NCBI GenBank assembly: GCA_040954595.2
Contig: CM082594.2
Coordinates: 12,047,096-12,111,095, forward strand
Origin: Balanoglossus misakiensis
Taxonomy: Eukaryota > Animalia > Hemichordata
Reading direction: 5' to 3'
DNA length: 64,000 nt
The notes below the pieces were generated by a model, which worked only from the letters and a program-made list of their open reading frames with translations, had not been told where the DNA came from and did no database searches. Shown here piece by piece: positions 14,239 to 26,544 of the stretch. Positions within the stretch are counted from its first letter, which is position 1. Each line of letters begins with the position of its first letter. The translations under genes and the position numbers were made by a program.

Positions 14239-14932
14239 TGCGAGCAATTTGTGAAATTTCTTTAAGTAGTTGTTTGATATTACTGCTTCCATTGAACTCT
14301 TGGAGTTGAACAATTGTCATGTTCTTGCGTTCTGCTGCCTTCTCGAAGGACAACGCCGGCTGCTCAAAGAAATTCGAGCCAGGGTTACTCGTGTTCCTCT
14401 CAACGAAAACAGCGATACGATCCCAGCCAAAGTGTTCAGCCACTGTTGTGAAAAAGTCCCCGAACTGCCAAAATGTCCCGAACGATCGTATCATAGTCTC
14501 GAAGCGATACTTCTTGATGAGGAATTTGTCATCCAGGCAACTACTGCACATGTAGGCGGTATTCCAAACCATAGACAGCTTGGCGATCGGTTCCGCTTCC
14601 ACTGAGTAAACCGGCCCGAAAAACGCGCTGTATTTTTCCTCATCAGTGAGGTTGAGCACGGCTGCTAGGGTCCTGATATCGTAGCCCGTGGAGTTGTAAA
14701 TTGTGTATGTTAGATTATGCCCTGGTATCAACGTCTGATCTCTGTTTACTTTCTCCAATGCGATGAAATGTGCTGCTCCTGTGCGTCCCTTGCTGAACGG
14801 CGTTTCCCAGTCCGACAGAGTTATCAGCAGACGGAAATCTTCACAAAGAATTGGATGTGGTATGAAACATAACACAATTAAAGATTTCGGAATGACGAAG
14901 AGAAATTTGAGAGATCGCGCAAACCGTGTCAT
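14239..14932 (-). CDS. Exon 1 of natriuretic peptide receptor-like / membrane guanylyl cyclase-type receptor (signal peptide + N-terminal ANF-receptor ectodomain)
   Basis: ATG at 14932-14930 gives MTRFARSLKFLFVIPKSLIVLCFIPHPILC (signal-peptide-like), then ...IALEKVNRDQTLIPGHNL...AFFGPVYS...HFGWDRIAV...LKEISQIAR, typical of the ANF_receptor domain. GTAAG donor follows 14239 (phase 1). Confidence 0.9.
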
Positions 14933-16480
14933 CTTGTAACCAGCCTTTCTGTGATGAACGGATGTTGCTACCGCAAACGGTTCACCGAACGTTTGGTTTG
15001 TGAAGTTAGCACCGAATGTGAGCAAAGCTCTGCAAGACTTTCCGCCTACAGCTCGTCCTGATTACTTAGTCACCTTGGCGACGAATTAGAATATGCAGAT
15101 CGGGGTTGGGGTCCTGATGCGCGATGACGAAACTAATCAGTGCGGCTGACAAGCACGTGTGAACTCCCACTGTCAATGTTAGTTGTGAATCCTTCTACAT
15201 GACGCTGCAATTATGTATTAACCAACTTAAACAGGGTCTTTTCTGGGTTTGTCATACGCAAGCTGATCAATAATGCGTTGATATTTTTTCATTTTAAAAT
15301 GCCCTTCAATGGATACATCTACAATGAATCCAGGGTGATACAATTGTCATGATCGTGTTTCCCTATACTCAGTAATAATTCGATGTCATCTCGTTGCCGA
15401 AGACGTATTTAAAATGCTATTAGCACGGAATTTGGTAATTCATTTTCTTGATTTTAGTCTGAACTATTTTTAATGTACTTTGTGGTACTATCAAGCTTTT
15501 AAAACCCTTGTTTAATACTAAACGAAAGAACGTTTGCAAAAAAATATGGACCAGGGTTTTCCATGATGTAAAGTGTACTTGCTTTGAGCTGAATGTGCCA
15601 CTGATCATTGATGCTGCTAGTCACGGCCATGTTTAAAAGGCTTTAGAATCTTTGGCAGCCCTTGTCTGTTTCGGCCCCCAATTTACATGACCTGATAAAA
15701 CGGCTAGGGTCAACTACAAGTGTGTATACTAAAATGCGAACTGATCCACGGTACTGTGAATCAAATCCATCACACATTGAAGCAATTTTGTCTCTATTGT
15801 ATCTGTAGTTGCATGGTCAATAGATTTATAGAATGGTGATACATGTAATTCCTGGAGTGAATTTCAATCTTGTTTAGAATTCAATTGAAGATAAACAATA
15901 CACTAATAACACATATAGATAGATAGATATGTACACAGAGTAATTTCAAAAATTGTCTAGCAATTTTCTTGACATAAACTTGGTCAATTCATGTACTAGA
16001 AATTATGCTGGGCAGTTCATAATTTTTGCCTGTCCATGGAGTAAAATTAAACCCAATGATTCAGCATATTAGCGACAAACATTGAGGACAACATAAAAAA
16101 TGTAAACTTAGTCTACTTGAATAATGTCAAAAGGTCTTCCAGTGGAAGCAGTCTTAGGAATAGGCCTAATTCAGGCGTGTCGTCAACTACTGCTGGAAAG
16201 CCCTCTGTATCAACAGGTATGGTTGGACTAACAAATATTTGTGGTATGGCTTATGTTCCAGGCTAAGACTTATTTGTGTGGAATGTGATTGGAATTGGAT
16301 GTGCTGACTTTGGCAGATGCATGACTGTTGCATTGCTTTATCTAGTGTAAGCATCCCAAGCTTTTTGCAGTCCTTTTGGTGCTGTAGCTTCTCGATTACT
16401 TGCAGGAGGTGCTTGTAACACCCAATGCTAAATGCACACTGTATTGAAAATCTCTGTCTTTGGCTAAATCTTGCAAACAG

Positions 16481-18469
16481 CTCGAAGCCGTACACGCCCG
16501 AACTCTGCTCTAAATGGTGCCAGAACAACTGTTGCCAGACCGCCTGTGTCCACTGCCAGAACTGCGCCAAATAAAACCGTTACCAGAAGTGCTGCTGCGA
16601 GCAATAACAGTATGCAACACAATGGTATGTGCAAAATATCTCTGCTGTCTTTTCTACCCTGCTCTCTTACACGTATACAGTGACTGTATGTATTATAAAT
16701 TCTGTCAAAAAATTCAATAAATGACTGTATGATACGCTACATGGAACAAGACGTGCAGACTATGGCCAGTTAGGAAGGGATCATTTGTTATCTGCTTAAG
16801 AAAGTGGACTTGATTTGTTTGTCTTGTGTTTTATTCAAAGGTGGACTACCGACGTCCAAGCCCAAGCGTGCTGCCTGGGATTATAAGGGCAGGCTTGAAG
16901 ACATGAGTAAAGAGATGAGATGCATGTCGGAATCCAATGCCTCCTTCCAGCAGCTGATGCAGGAGACACAGGAGAGACTGAACGTCTTGGAGGAACAGAA
17001 ACAGCAACTGACTGGCGTAGTGGTCGAGAAAGAACAGGTACACACAGAGGCGGAAGAGAAAATCAGGCGCCTAGAGAAAAGATTAAAGTAAGGAGAGCAT
17101 ATTGTACATCTCTGATAGCATAAAGTGTTTCAGTCTGTAATCTCTGGCAGTATTATGAAGACTGCATCAGTGATGTGTGTGGCTTTGAGGTCGTTTTGGG
17201 CCACAGTGACAGCACAATTATCACAAACACACTTGATTTATATCTGAATGTATACTCCATTGCAGGGAGCGTGAGGAAGACTTCGACAACCTTGAGAGAC
17301 AGTTGTCTAAACTGAAGAGAGTAAAAGAAGACTTGGAAGGAGATTTCAATGCGGCAACACAAGAAATCAATGGATACAAATTTACAGTGTCACAGATGAC
17401 ATCAGAAAAATTGGGACTTGAATCAGAAAATAGCAATCTGAAGGTGAGAGAAGACACAGTGGTTGTATAGGTTTTCCAAAATATTAAGATTTAATAATAT
17501 TTTTGACATTTCTGTCATATCTCGCATTTAGAGCAGATACAAAATCTTACCCCAGGAAATTGACTAAGGGATCTTACAGGTTACACATATGTATCTGACT
17601 ATTTTTTTATTTTTGTAATCATGCAGAGAAATTTAGAAATTGTAAAAGACGATTTACGGAAAGAGATTGAAAACTGTAAGAGAAAGGATGACATGATTGG
17701 AGAACTGGAAAAATGGTGGCAGAGAGAGATGCCTGTTTGCGTGAACATGAAGCAAAACGAAGATATCTGCATAACCAAATTCAAGAATTAAAGGTAATTG
17801 TAGCTCTTTGTTGTTATATATTATATGCTTAATCCATCTTTATTCAATCTTTGTTCATTTTCTACATTTAAAAAATTTGTAATGATACTTTCCTTTATAT
17901 CACCAGGGTAACATTTGAGTATTTTGCCGAGTTCGGCCCCTGGTTAGCAGTGAAATAGAATCTGGTGTGAAACCGCTTTCCTTGGGTTTTCCCGACAATG
18001 ACCAGAAAACGATTGAATTGGAGAAAGCTGGAGAGGAGGTAGGTGATAATCATAATTGAAACTATTTGACAGGTAAACTTGTATATAATAAGAATGTAAA
18101 CTCGAGATTTGACTCTTGAGTCTCTTGATGAACAACTGGATTTGATTTCTTCTCCACAGAACGCTGTAGGCCGTGGCAAGAAGAAGGATCAGAAACAGAC
18201 TTCACATTTGACAAAGTGTTTGATCACGATAGTTAGCAGTCTCATGTCTTTGATGAGATCTCCCAACTTGTGCAGGTAAGACCCTGAATTCGGAACATTT
18301 TTCTTCCATCCTTGGACATATCGCTGTGTTACAGTTTACAAATAGCTGTTTTGTGAGGGCGCTATAATTTAGAATGACCAAGTACCTTATTAACTGAGGA
18401 ACTATCTCCTTGTTTTTCTAGTCTGCATTAGACGGTTACAATGTGTGCATCTTCGCATACGGCCAGACC
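16481..18469 (+). pseudogene. Unprocessed kinesin-14 (KIFC1/Ncd/XCTK2-like, C-terminal motor) pseudogene, 3'-truncated
   Basis: GT-AG exons 16481-16624, 16841-17087 (KRAAWDYKGRL), 17266-17443, 17627-17793 (RRYLHNQIQELK after a frameshift near 17710), 17907-18038 (GNI*VFCRVRP, TGA 17916-17918), 18160-18275 (frameshift, DFTFDKVF, TAG 18234-18236, VFDEISQLVQ), 18422-18469 (SALDGYNVCIFAYGQT, similarity ends before GSGKT). Confidence 0.9.
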
Positions 18470-20559
18470 TATTCACAAAATGATATTTGTGAGTCAGTTG
18501 GGCAACCTCGTTCTGCTGCAAAACCAAAAGCTAAGAAAGTTATCATGTGGGACGCCGGGCAAGAAAAGAGCGCGGGGAGAACTCAAAAAGATGTCGTCGA
18601 CCTGTCAACTACAATTTAAAATATGGAAAAAACAAAAAACAATAAATGAAATCGTGATCTGTTGTCAAAACACATTTCACGATGGCTTGAGGTGGTCAGG
18701 AAGAGACTAAGCTTTCTGACATAGCTTTTGATTCACTTATAGAAAGAAGTTTCGTCATCTTAAATCGTTACCAAATATGGTACATTTTGTGTCACGTGCA
18801 ATTGCTATATTAGGCAGGCAAATTTGCGGATGACAACTTAAACATGCATCAGCACGATGCCCTAGGCTGAAAATGTTTCTGATTTGGAGAAAGATGACCA
18901 AAATTTGGGCAACATGATTACATCTATTTTCCAAGGATGTGAGTCACAGACAAAGTCTCCCAGAGCGACAGTTGCAAGAGAAGTTTACAGTGGCGTGCAA
19001 ATGACGTTTGATGAAGCCCGAATATGAACCGTCATTTTGTGTTTTATGACACACCGCATTCTCATTCCGCATAAAAGATACCACAATTCTAATCTGGCAA
19101 AATGGATTATGTAAATTTGGTAAATCTTTATTCATCGTCAGTCACTCGACAATTATTGATATTTTCAGTCTGCTTGCAGTATAAATGGAAATATTTCATA
19201 TGCTTATATTTAATTTGTTTGTTTGTTCTGTATTTATACATTGTAATTTTGAGTCAATGGACTGGACTGATCGTGACATTTGCATAGTAAACGCTTTCAC
19301 AACAAAGAGCAGTGTGTTTCATACATAGTGTGCGATAATTGGCCTACAGGTCCGGCATGTTGCATTTATAGAGCCAATGAAATGATAGAACACTTTCGTA
19401 CATGTCGGTAGCCATATAAATGTGCTTTGAATCCCGTCTGAAATTTTACGTGCCAAGTGAACACAAATGGACAATGTTAGCATATTGTGACATTTAACTA
19501 TATATTATAACATAAACAACAGTTTTATTGCTATTCTAGTGTCTTCCAATGTGTGGCTGAAAAAGAAGCAGCTTCCTCTTTGTATTATCTGGGTTTAATA
19601 TAACGGTATGAATATATGAAGGTGACAATCTTGGACATTAGCTAGCCCTGCTTGGAAAATTCCATCTGTGGTTTTGCATACATGTTTAAGATAAATGTGT
19701 TCCATTCTAGTCATGTTTACTTTGATTTGACTTCGTGTGAACTTTAGTCCCACCGATACATCCCATCTTTTTATGGTTGGACAGATTATGAAAATATTTC
19801 TTAAAATTTACAATATGTTTTCCAGTGATGTAGAAAGTTTTATTGTATGTATATAATATAAAAGTTGGAATAAAATGTTATGTGAAATAATCGTTTTTAT
19901 TTAGTGGGTTGTGCTTCTTTTCCTGTTTCTCATAACTGCCAATCATACTCTTAACCCTATAATTTCTATTTCAGAAGCTACCAGAGCGAAACGTTCAATT
20001 TATCTCCTGTGATTAAATTCTATTTTTACAGGTAGCAAGAACATATTCCTATTGAACATACTAGTATGTATGAACAATAAAAGTCGATGTTTTTACCTTA
20101 AATGTATACATTTATTATCGGTTGTTTAATCTGTATTGATTTCATCGACGGAAGTTGGTATTTTCGACAATTAAAATCGGCACACAAGACTTAATAATAC
20201 TTTAGGAATGAAATTATAATTAATGCAGTTTTCTTCTTTTGTTGCAAATGTATATCTGAAAGTTTGCAGTGGAGGAGCGTGATTTTATGTTCGGTCATTG
20301 GGTCTTCGGCTGCACTGACTTGTGGTGGTAGTGAAATCTTCTGCAGAACGGTAAATGGCTTCGCTTCCGTTATTTTGAGAAACAAAACTACTATAATTGA
20401 GGTGTTTTCGTCTGGTAAACGATTGCTAGGCAACAGAATCCCAAATCTCCCTAACGACCATGTTTGAAGCCAGGATATGATAGTCGAAAAAAGCCAGCTG
20501 GGAAACGTCTACTACTTTCTTTGATAAATATCGCTGGCTTAGACGATTTAAAGAAAAAC

Positions 20560-20900
20560 ATTTGATAAAATGATGAGCTATAACCTATGAAAAATGTCAA
20601 GAAACGACAAAATGACCGAAATTCGCAAAGTCGGAAAGCTCTTGCTGACCGTGGTGGTCACGGACATTTTTTGGCTCTAAGAACCACGCTCTTCCTAATC
20701 GTGGTGGTCATGGACATTTTTTGGTCCTAAGAACCACGCTCTTCCTGACAAAAATGACCGAAATTCGCAATGTCGGAAAACTTTCATTTTTTGATAAAAA
20801 TCATGAGCTATAACCCATGAAAAATGTCAAGAAACGACAAAATGACCGAAATTCGCAAAGTCGGAAAACTGTCATTGTTTGAAAAAATCATGAGCTATAC
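20560..20900. repeat. Short complex tandem repeat (two interleaved unit types)
   Basis: ATGAGCTATAACC.ATGAAAAATGTCAAGAAACGACAAAATGACCGAAATTCGCAAAGTCGGAAA occurs as 2 full plus partial copies, with two copies of GTGGTGGTCA.GGACATTTTTTGG..CTAAGAACCACGCTCTTCCT between them. Confidence 0.75.
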
Positions 20901-22161
20901 ATGTAATAATTTGTGATCTTCTGGCCGTTGGTGGCGTCCGATCCCGCTGCACAGGTGAGACGCAGGGTCATGGAAAATACAATGCACCTGTGCTACGAGC
21001 TCATCCACGTTTTAAACGCAAATCGCGCAGAGCGACCCGGGCTATCAAGAGAGCAACAACCTGCAGAACAAGAGGATTTTGTCTGACAAGCTACGGGAAT
21101 TTCTACAGCCCGGAAACCAAGATAAAGAACATATTATCTACTAGGTAAGTAACCGGTATTTACTAAAATTAGCGCTCCGACTTTCGACCCTAGTGGGGAA
21201 AAGGTGAAGACCCAATTCGTTAGTAATTCTATCCTAGTTTTCGAGAGAGTAGTCGGAGTACTCGCCATTGTTCCAAGAAGCGACGTGGTTTTTCGTTTGA
21301 AACGTGGCGCGGACGCCCGGCCCAATTGCGTTCAGTTTTCAACACTTGCACCAAATAAATCTATTCACTAGTTTTTTTCTGATGAGAGCCAAGGAACTAT
21401 AGTTGTCGTCGAGCGAAAATACGAGCGAATCTCCAAGTGTAAAATGTGTAATATTTATTGAAGTTCGGAATGCTGGGGGCAAGTTCAATGAATAATGTTA
21501 GGGGAGATTTCCGTGAGTGTTTCTGTGTCGGATTTTTGCGCACATTTTCTAGCCAGTTTATTACTGCATTTTTGCGTGTAACAAAATCCGCCTACAATAA
21601 TTTCAAAAACTTGCTAGTTGTGGTTTCAAAACACCGTGCAGAACTGCATTTGGCTTTTCCGACCGGCATTATTGTTGATCTGCTTGTCAATAATATTTAG
21701 GTGTCCCATTATATTACTCTATTGCGGGTTCTATTATTATTGTAATACACTCCGACTATTGTATTATTGATATCAATCGTATTAATTGTCATGCTGTATT
21801 ACTCAATATCATTGCGAGTTGTATTATAGTTGTGACATAGTCCGTTTATTTTAGTGGTCATTGTCATTTCATTCTGATCAAACGTGGTATTGCGCGGTAG
21901 TATATCTTGCGAGTAATATCGCATTGTTATACATTTATTTAGTCTGTACTCTGCGCGGGTAATAGTTTCGGGTAACAATATTTCTGTCATCTCCCGATAT
22001 TACTCTGTATTATTGGGGGTAATATTTAGCGGCAATCGATCGTCTATTTATCACGGAGTACAACTTGTAACGTATCATAATGGAACTCAATTTAAACACC
22101 GATACTTTAGAAGTACTTCTATGCACGTGTTCAATTTTTGTCAGGAGTTTGACCTAGTTTA

Positions 22162-23236
22162 GGGACTGTCCAGAATTTACTTCCAGGGGGGGGCTGGAGG
22201 ATTTTCAGGGGGGGCCACCCATTTTCCCCAAGAAAAATTAGGGGGGGTCAGACATAAAAATCACAATCCTTTAGGGGGGGCCATGTAAAAAAACTCTCAC
22301 AAACTCAATATTTGCCCAGAAGTACTGATTTATAAGAAACAAACCACCATGGCTACCTGGATGACAGTGCATTAAATCTTCATAAGCTTGAATTTCTGGT
22401 AATTTTTACGGTGGGTTATTTTGTATATCTACTACAGTTTCTTGTTCTACTCTGTGAAGCATAATAAAATGCCCAGTATTTGGCCTGCCAGCACAGACCA
22501 TAAATGTACAGTGAACAGTCAGTGTTGTTACTGTTGACGAGCTCAATTCAAGTCCAGACTAGAATTCGTTAATTTTCTCATCAATCATTCATATATGTAT
22601 ATAAAAAGTTAATTTGCTTTTGGGTTCATTAAAATGCAGCTTTGAGCTCTGTATTTTATAAAATTTTCTTACAGGGGAGGGGGACACCCCCTCCCAAACC
22701 CACCCCCTTCACTTTTCGGTTTACAATATCTGCCAACACAGAATACAAATACTTAACAAATATAAACAATGTTCAGTTTTAATATCCACTGATGAGGAAA
22801 AACATTAGTTTCAAATTATTTTCATGGGAGCGCTGTTTTTCTTTTTTTACAAGATAGATAGGTGATGTGTTTTGCTGTGTGAAAGAAAATGGGGGGTGGG
22901 ATTTCAAAATTTTAAGCTGTTCGGAAGGGGGGATTTGAAAATATTTCCGGTTGTGTACGGGGGGCATGTGAAAATTAACGGTAAAAAAAATGTAATTCTC
23001 CCCCCCCCCCTTCCAGAGGTGTTTGTAAATGCAGCCTTATCAGACTGTATGTGTCGTAGTCTGTACCGGTAAGCATGCATGTATATATTGGGGGGGGGTC
23101 ATGGAAAAAAAACAGGAAATTTACGGGGGGGCCAGAGATTTCCTCCACAATTTACAAGGGGGGGCCATGGAAAAAAATCACCAGGAAAATAAGAAATCCT
23201 CCAGCCCCACCCTGGAAGTAAATTCTGGACAGTCCC
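22162..23236. mobile_element. Non-autonomous PIF/Harbinger-type DNA transposon
   Basis: TIRs GGGACTGTCCAGAATTTACTTCCAGGG...CTGGAGGATTT (~45 bp) at both ends; TTA target duplication at 22159-22161 and 23237-23239; no transposase ORF. Confidence 0.85.
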
Positions 23237-25105
23237 TTAGCACAGGCTCTTTCACTTTTCATAAACAAGTATGTTGCCAATAATATTTTGCCAACACGTT
23301 CACATTTTGAGTAAATTGATATTTTAATATTCTGGACGCAACGAATTTCTCTCGACACAGTGTTGTGTTGGCTCATATTTATGCACCCCAATCAATCCCT
23401 TAATGTCGGACCAATTGGATAAGTAGTGCTGTTTATTTCCGTATTTCATGGCCTCCGGCCCAAAATTCTTTACATTTTCTTTAAAACTTAAAACGGACGG
23501 GAATACTTAAACTTATTTCATAATTGAAAATCATCTGTCTTTTCTCACTCCCATGATAGCATGAAAAAGCAATGCTGCTGAACACTGTAGAAAGGTACCA
23601 TCGTTTGAATTCATAAGGAAAAAATCTTTCTGTTAGTCGGTGGGTTAAAATACATCGTAAGAATATATTTTAGTCTGTGACTGGAACAAAGTACAACACA
23701 ATAGGAAATGATGTTCATCTTCATTTTCGTTACTGTCACACAACAAGCAAATCATTTTGTTTTATCTACTCTGTGCTTTCTATCTGTTATCAAAAAACGT
23801 TCATGAAAAGCTGCATGAAAAAAAATATCTTCCTAACTTCACAATTTCGTCACCGTAATTATTTTCAAAAAGATCATTTTGTAGTTCAAAGATGCCATAT
23901 AATATCTAAATTTTAATAACAAGTGATATGTAATCAAAAAGGGAGGTTCTGTAACATGCATTTAAAAACGGGGGTCCCCACACCTGTTTTCCTGTAAAAC
24001 CACAAAATGCTGTTCATACTATAATATTGCATATATAGTTCTAAATATCCAACCGATAGAGGGTGCTGTTTAATATTCGTACTTTAAGTACGATAATACT
24101 TTTTTGTTGTACGTTAAACTTGGTCAACTATTTAACACAGAATTTTGCCGTATATACTGTAAACACTCAGGATTTTTTTCGCGACAGGAAATTTTCGCGA
24201 TATCAAAAGAGGCGACTGTTACGCGATTCATTTTTCGCGTTCGTATATTTCACTAATTGCATCGTTATTTCTGTACAATTTCCATTCTACGATTATTTGT
24301 CGCATTAGTAGCACGATTCTTGGCTGCAAACCTTCATGTTCAAACAAATTGTGTAATGTTTATCAAAGTCATGAAACCGCAACCATTTTTATGCGTACGT
24401 GTGTTTGTCTTTTTGCCAGATTGTGCATGAATGTAGCCGAGCTGGTGTGTTGCATTTCACGATGTCAATCACACATGTTTATTCGCGACTGCATGCATTT
24501 AAGTTTCCATGGCATTGCAGTGAAGAACTTCACTCTTCAATTCTACTAATGCATGTTTTTATAGATTCGTATTCAATTTGAGTGTGTTTTATCATAGACC
24601 ATGTAGGGTCCATGATCGCAGATGAAGATATCTGGATGCCAAATGAAGAGAAGACACAGGTTTTTAGTCAGCATTTGAAGAGTTTATAATGAGAATGAAG
24701 GGATTGCGTTCTATCCAGTTTTCTCTTAAAGCGACAAAATCGCTTTTTGACCTTTCAACGATTTCAAGTAAACATTGATTACTCGTGTTATCTTTGTGTT
24801 AAAAATTGATGTTGATTTGTAACCATCATTTCCTGTCATACAAAATCAATCTCTAAACGGTCCAAAATGAGTGAATTTTGCTCCTTAATCTGTTGATCCA
24901 GTGAAGATTATGGCATTTACATTGACTTTCCGTATGCGTTCCCTTGATCACACTGGTTACTTGTGCAGAATTTCAATTATGTTAATTAGCACACTTGTCT
25001 ACTATTACAGTTGAGGAGCTACACAATTGTTGCAGCCATTGGGAAAACTTCATGACAAGAAGGATTCAGATTAGGACACAGTATAAATTCTCATACACAT
25101 ACATG

Positions 25106-25570
25106 TACATACATACATACATACATACATACATACATACATACATACATACATACATACATACATACATACATACATACATACATGCATGCATGCATGC
25201 ATGCATGCATGCATGCATGCATGCATGCATGCATGCATGCATACATACATACATACATACATACATACATACATACATACATACATACATACATACATAC
25301 ATACATACATACATACATACATACATACATACATACATACATACATACATACATACATACATACATACATACATACATACATACATACATACATACATAC
25401 ATACATACATACATACATACATACATACATACATACATACATACATACATACATACATACATACATACATACATACATACATACATACATACATACATAC
25501 ATACATACATACATACATACATACATACATACATACATACATACATACATACATACATACATACATACAT
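25106..25570. repeat. (TACA)n microsatellite with embedded (ATGC)14 block
   Basis: Direct reading; (ATGC)n at 25185-25240. Confidence 0.98.
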
Positions 25571-26051
25571 GAACATGTGTGTTTAATGTGTGTTAAAACA
25601 ATATTACAGAGAGAACAAGTCTGTAACCATTTAACTCAACTATGCTTATTTAACTGAAGCCTAAATGTCCATATGATTCAGTACTTCTAAAAATTACATG
25701 TATGCATTGAGGAAATTTTGTTTAGTGAATTGTGCAGTCAAATCAAATTGATTCAATCTAGAAAACTGTTTGTGCCATTTCAGCCATTTTTTCTAACTTC
25801 AATATTAACGTACTAACACACCATTAACTAACTATAACAACTAATACTTTGGCTGGAGTGGTATAAGCAGGCTATGAGAAACTTTTATTCTTGTGACTAT
25901 TTCTATTTTTCATAATGAGCCAGTTAGAAGTATACAGATGAAATTAAGTATTGTATTCTAATTGAATTTAAATTAGCTGTATTTCCCAAAACCTGAAAGT
26001 GAAGGTCAGAAAAATTACTCATTTCAAATTTTAGGGTACAAAATTGTTCTC

Positions 26052-26111
26052 TATGTATGTATGTATGTATGTATGTATGTATGTATGTATGTATGTATGT
26101 ATGTATGTATG

Positions 26112-26142
<31 letters not shown>

Positions 26143-26362
26143 TGTATGTAATGTATGTAATGTATGTAATGTATGTAATGTATGTAATGTATGTAATGTA
26201 TGTATGTATGTATGTATGTATGTATGTATGTATGTATGTATGTATGTATGTATGTATGTATGTATGTATGTATGTATGTATGCAATGTATGTAATGTATG
26301 TAATGTATGTAATGTATGTATGCATGTATGTAATGTATGCATCTATGTAATGTATGTGTATG
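26052..26362. repeat. (TATG)n / (TAATGTATG)n compound microsatellite
   Basis: Direct reading; opposite orientation to the 25.1-25.6 kb tract. Confidence 0.97.
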
Positions 26363-26544
26363 TGAATCCCTAATGTATCCTTGTCCGAATTTTATCTTGT
26401 CATGAAGTTCTCCCAATGTCTACAATAGTTGAGAAGCTTTCCAACCGTGATGGTAGATAAGTTTAGCAAATTTTTGGTAATTGTTTACTAGTGTGCTATA
26501 ATATAACAGAAACTAACAATTGAAGTATAATTGCTTTAAGTTAA

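Noticed and set aside
16081-16216. Possible additional upstream kinesin tail exon (NVKRSSSGSSLRNRPNSGVSSTTAGKPSVST, GT donor at 16217)
   Set aside because: Phase fits and composition is plausible, but no clear acceptor or diagnostic motif; left out of the feature.
24995-26416. YIHT/MYVC ORFs
   Set aside because: Translations of tetranucleotide microsatellites.
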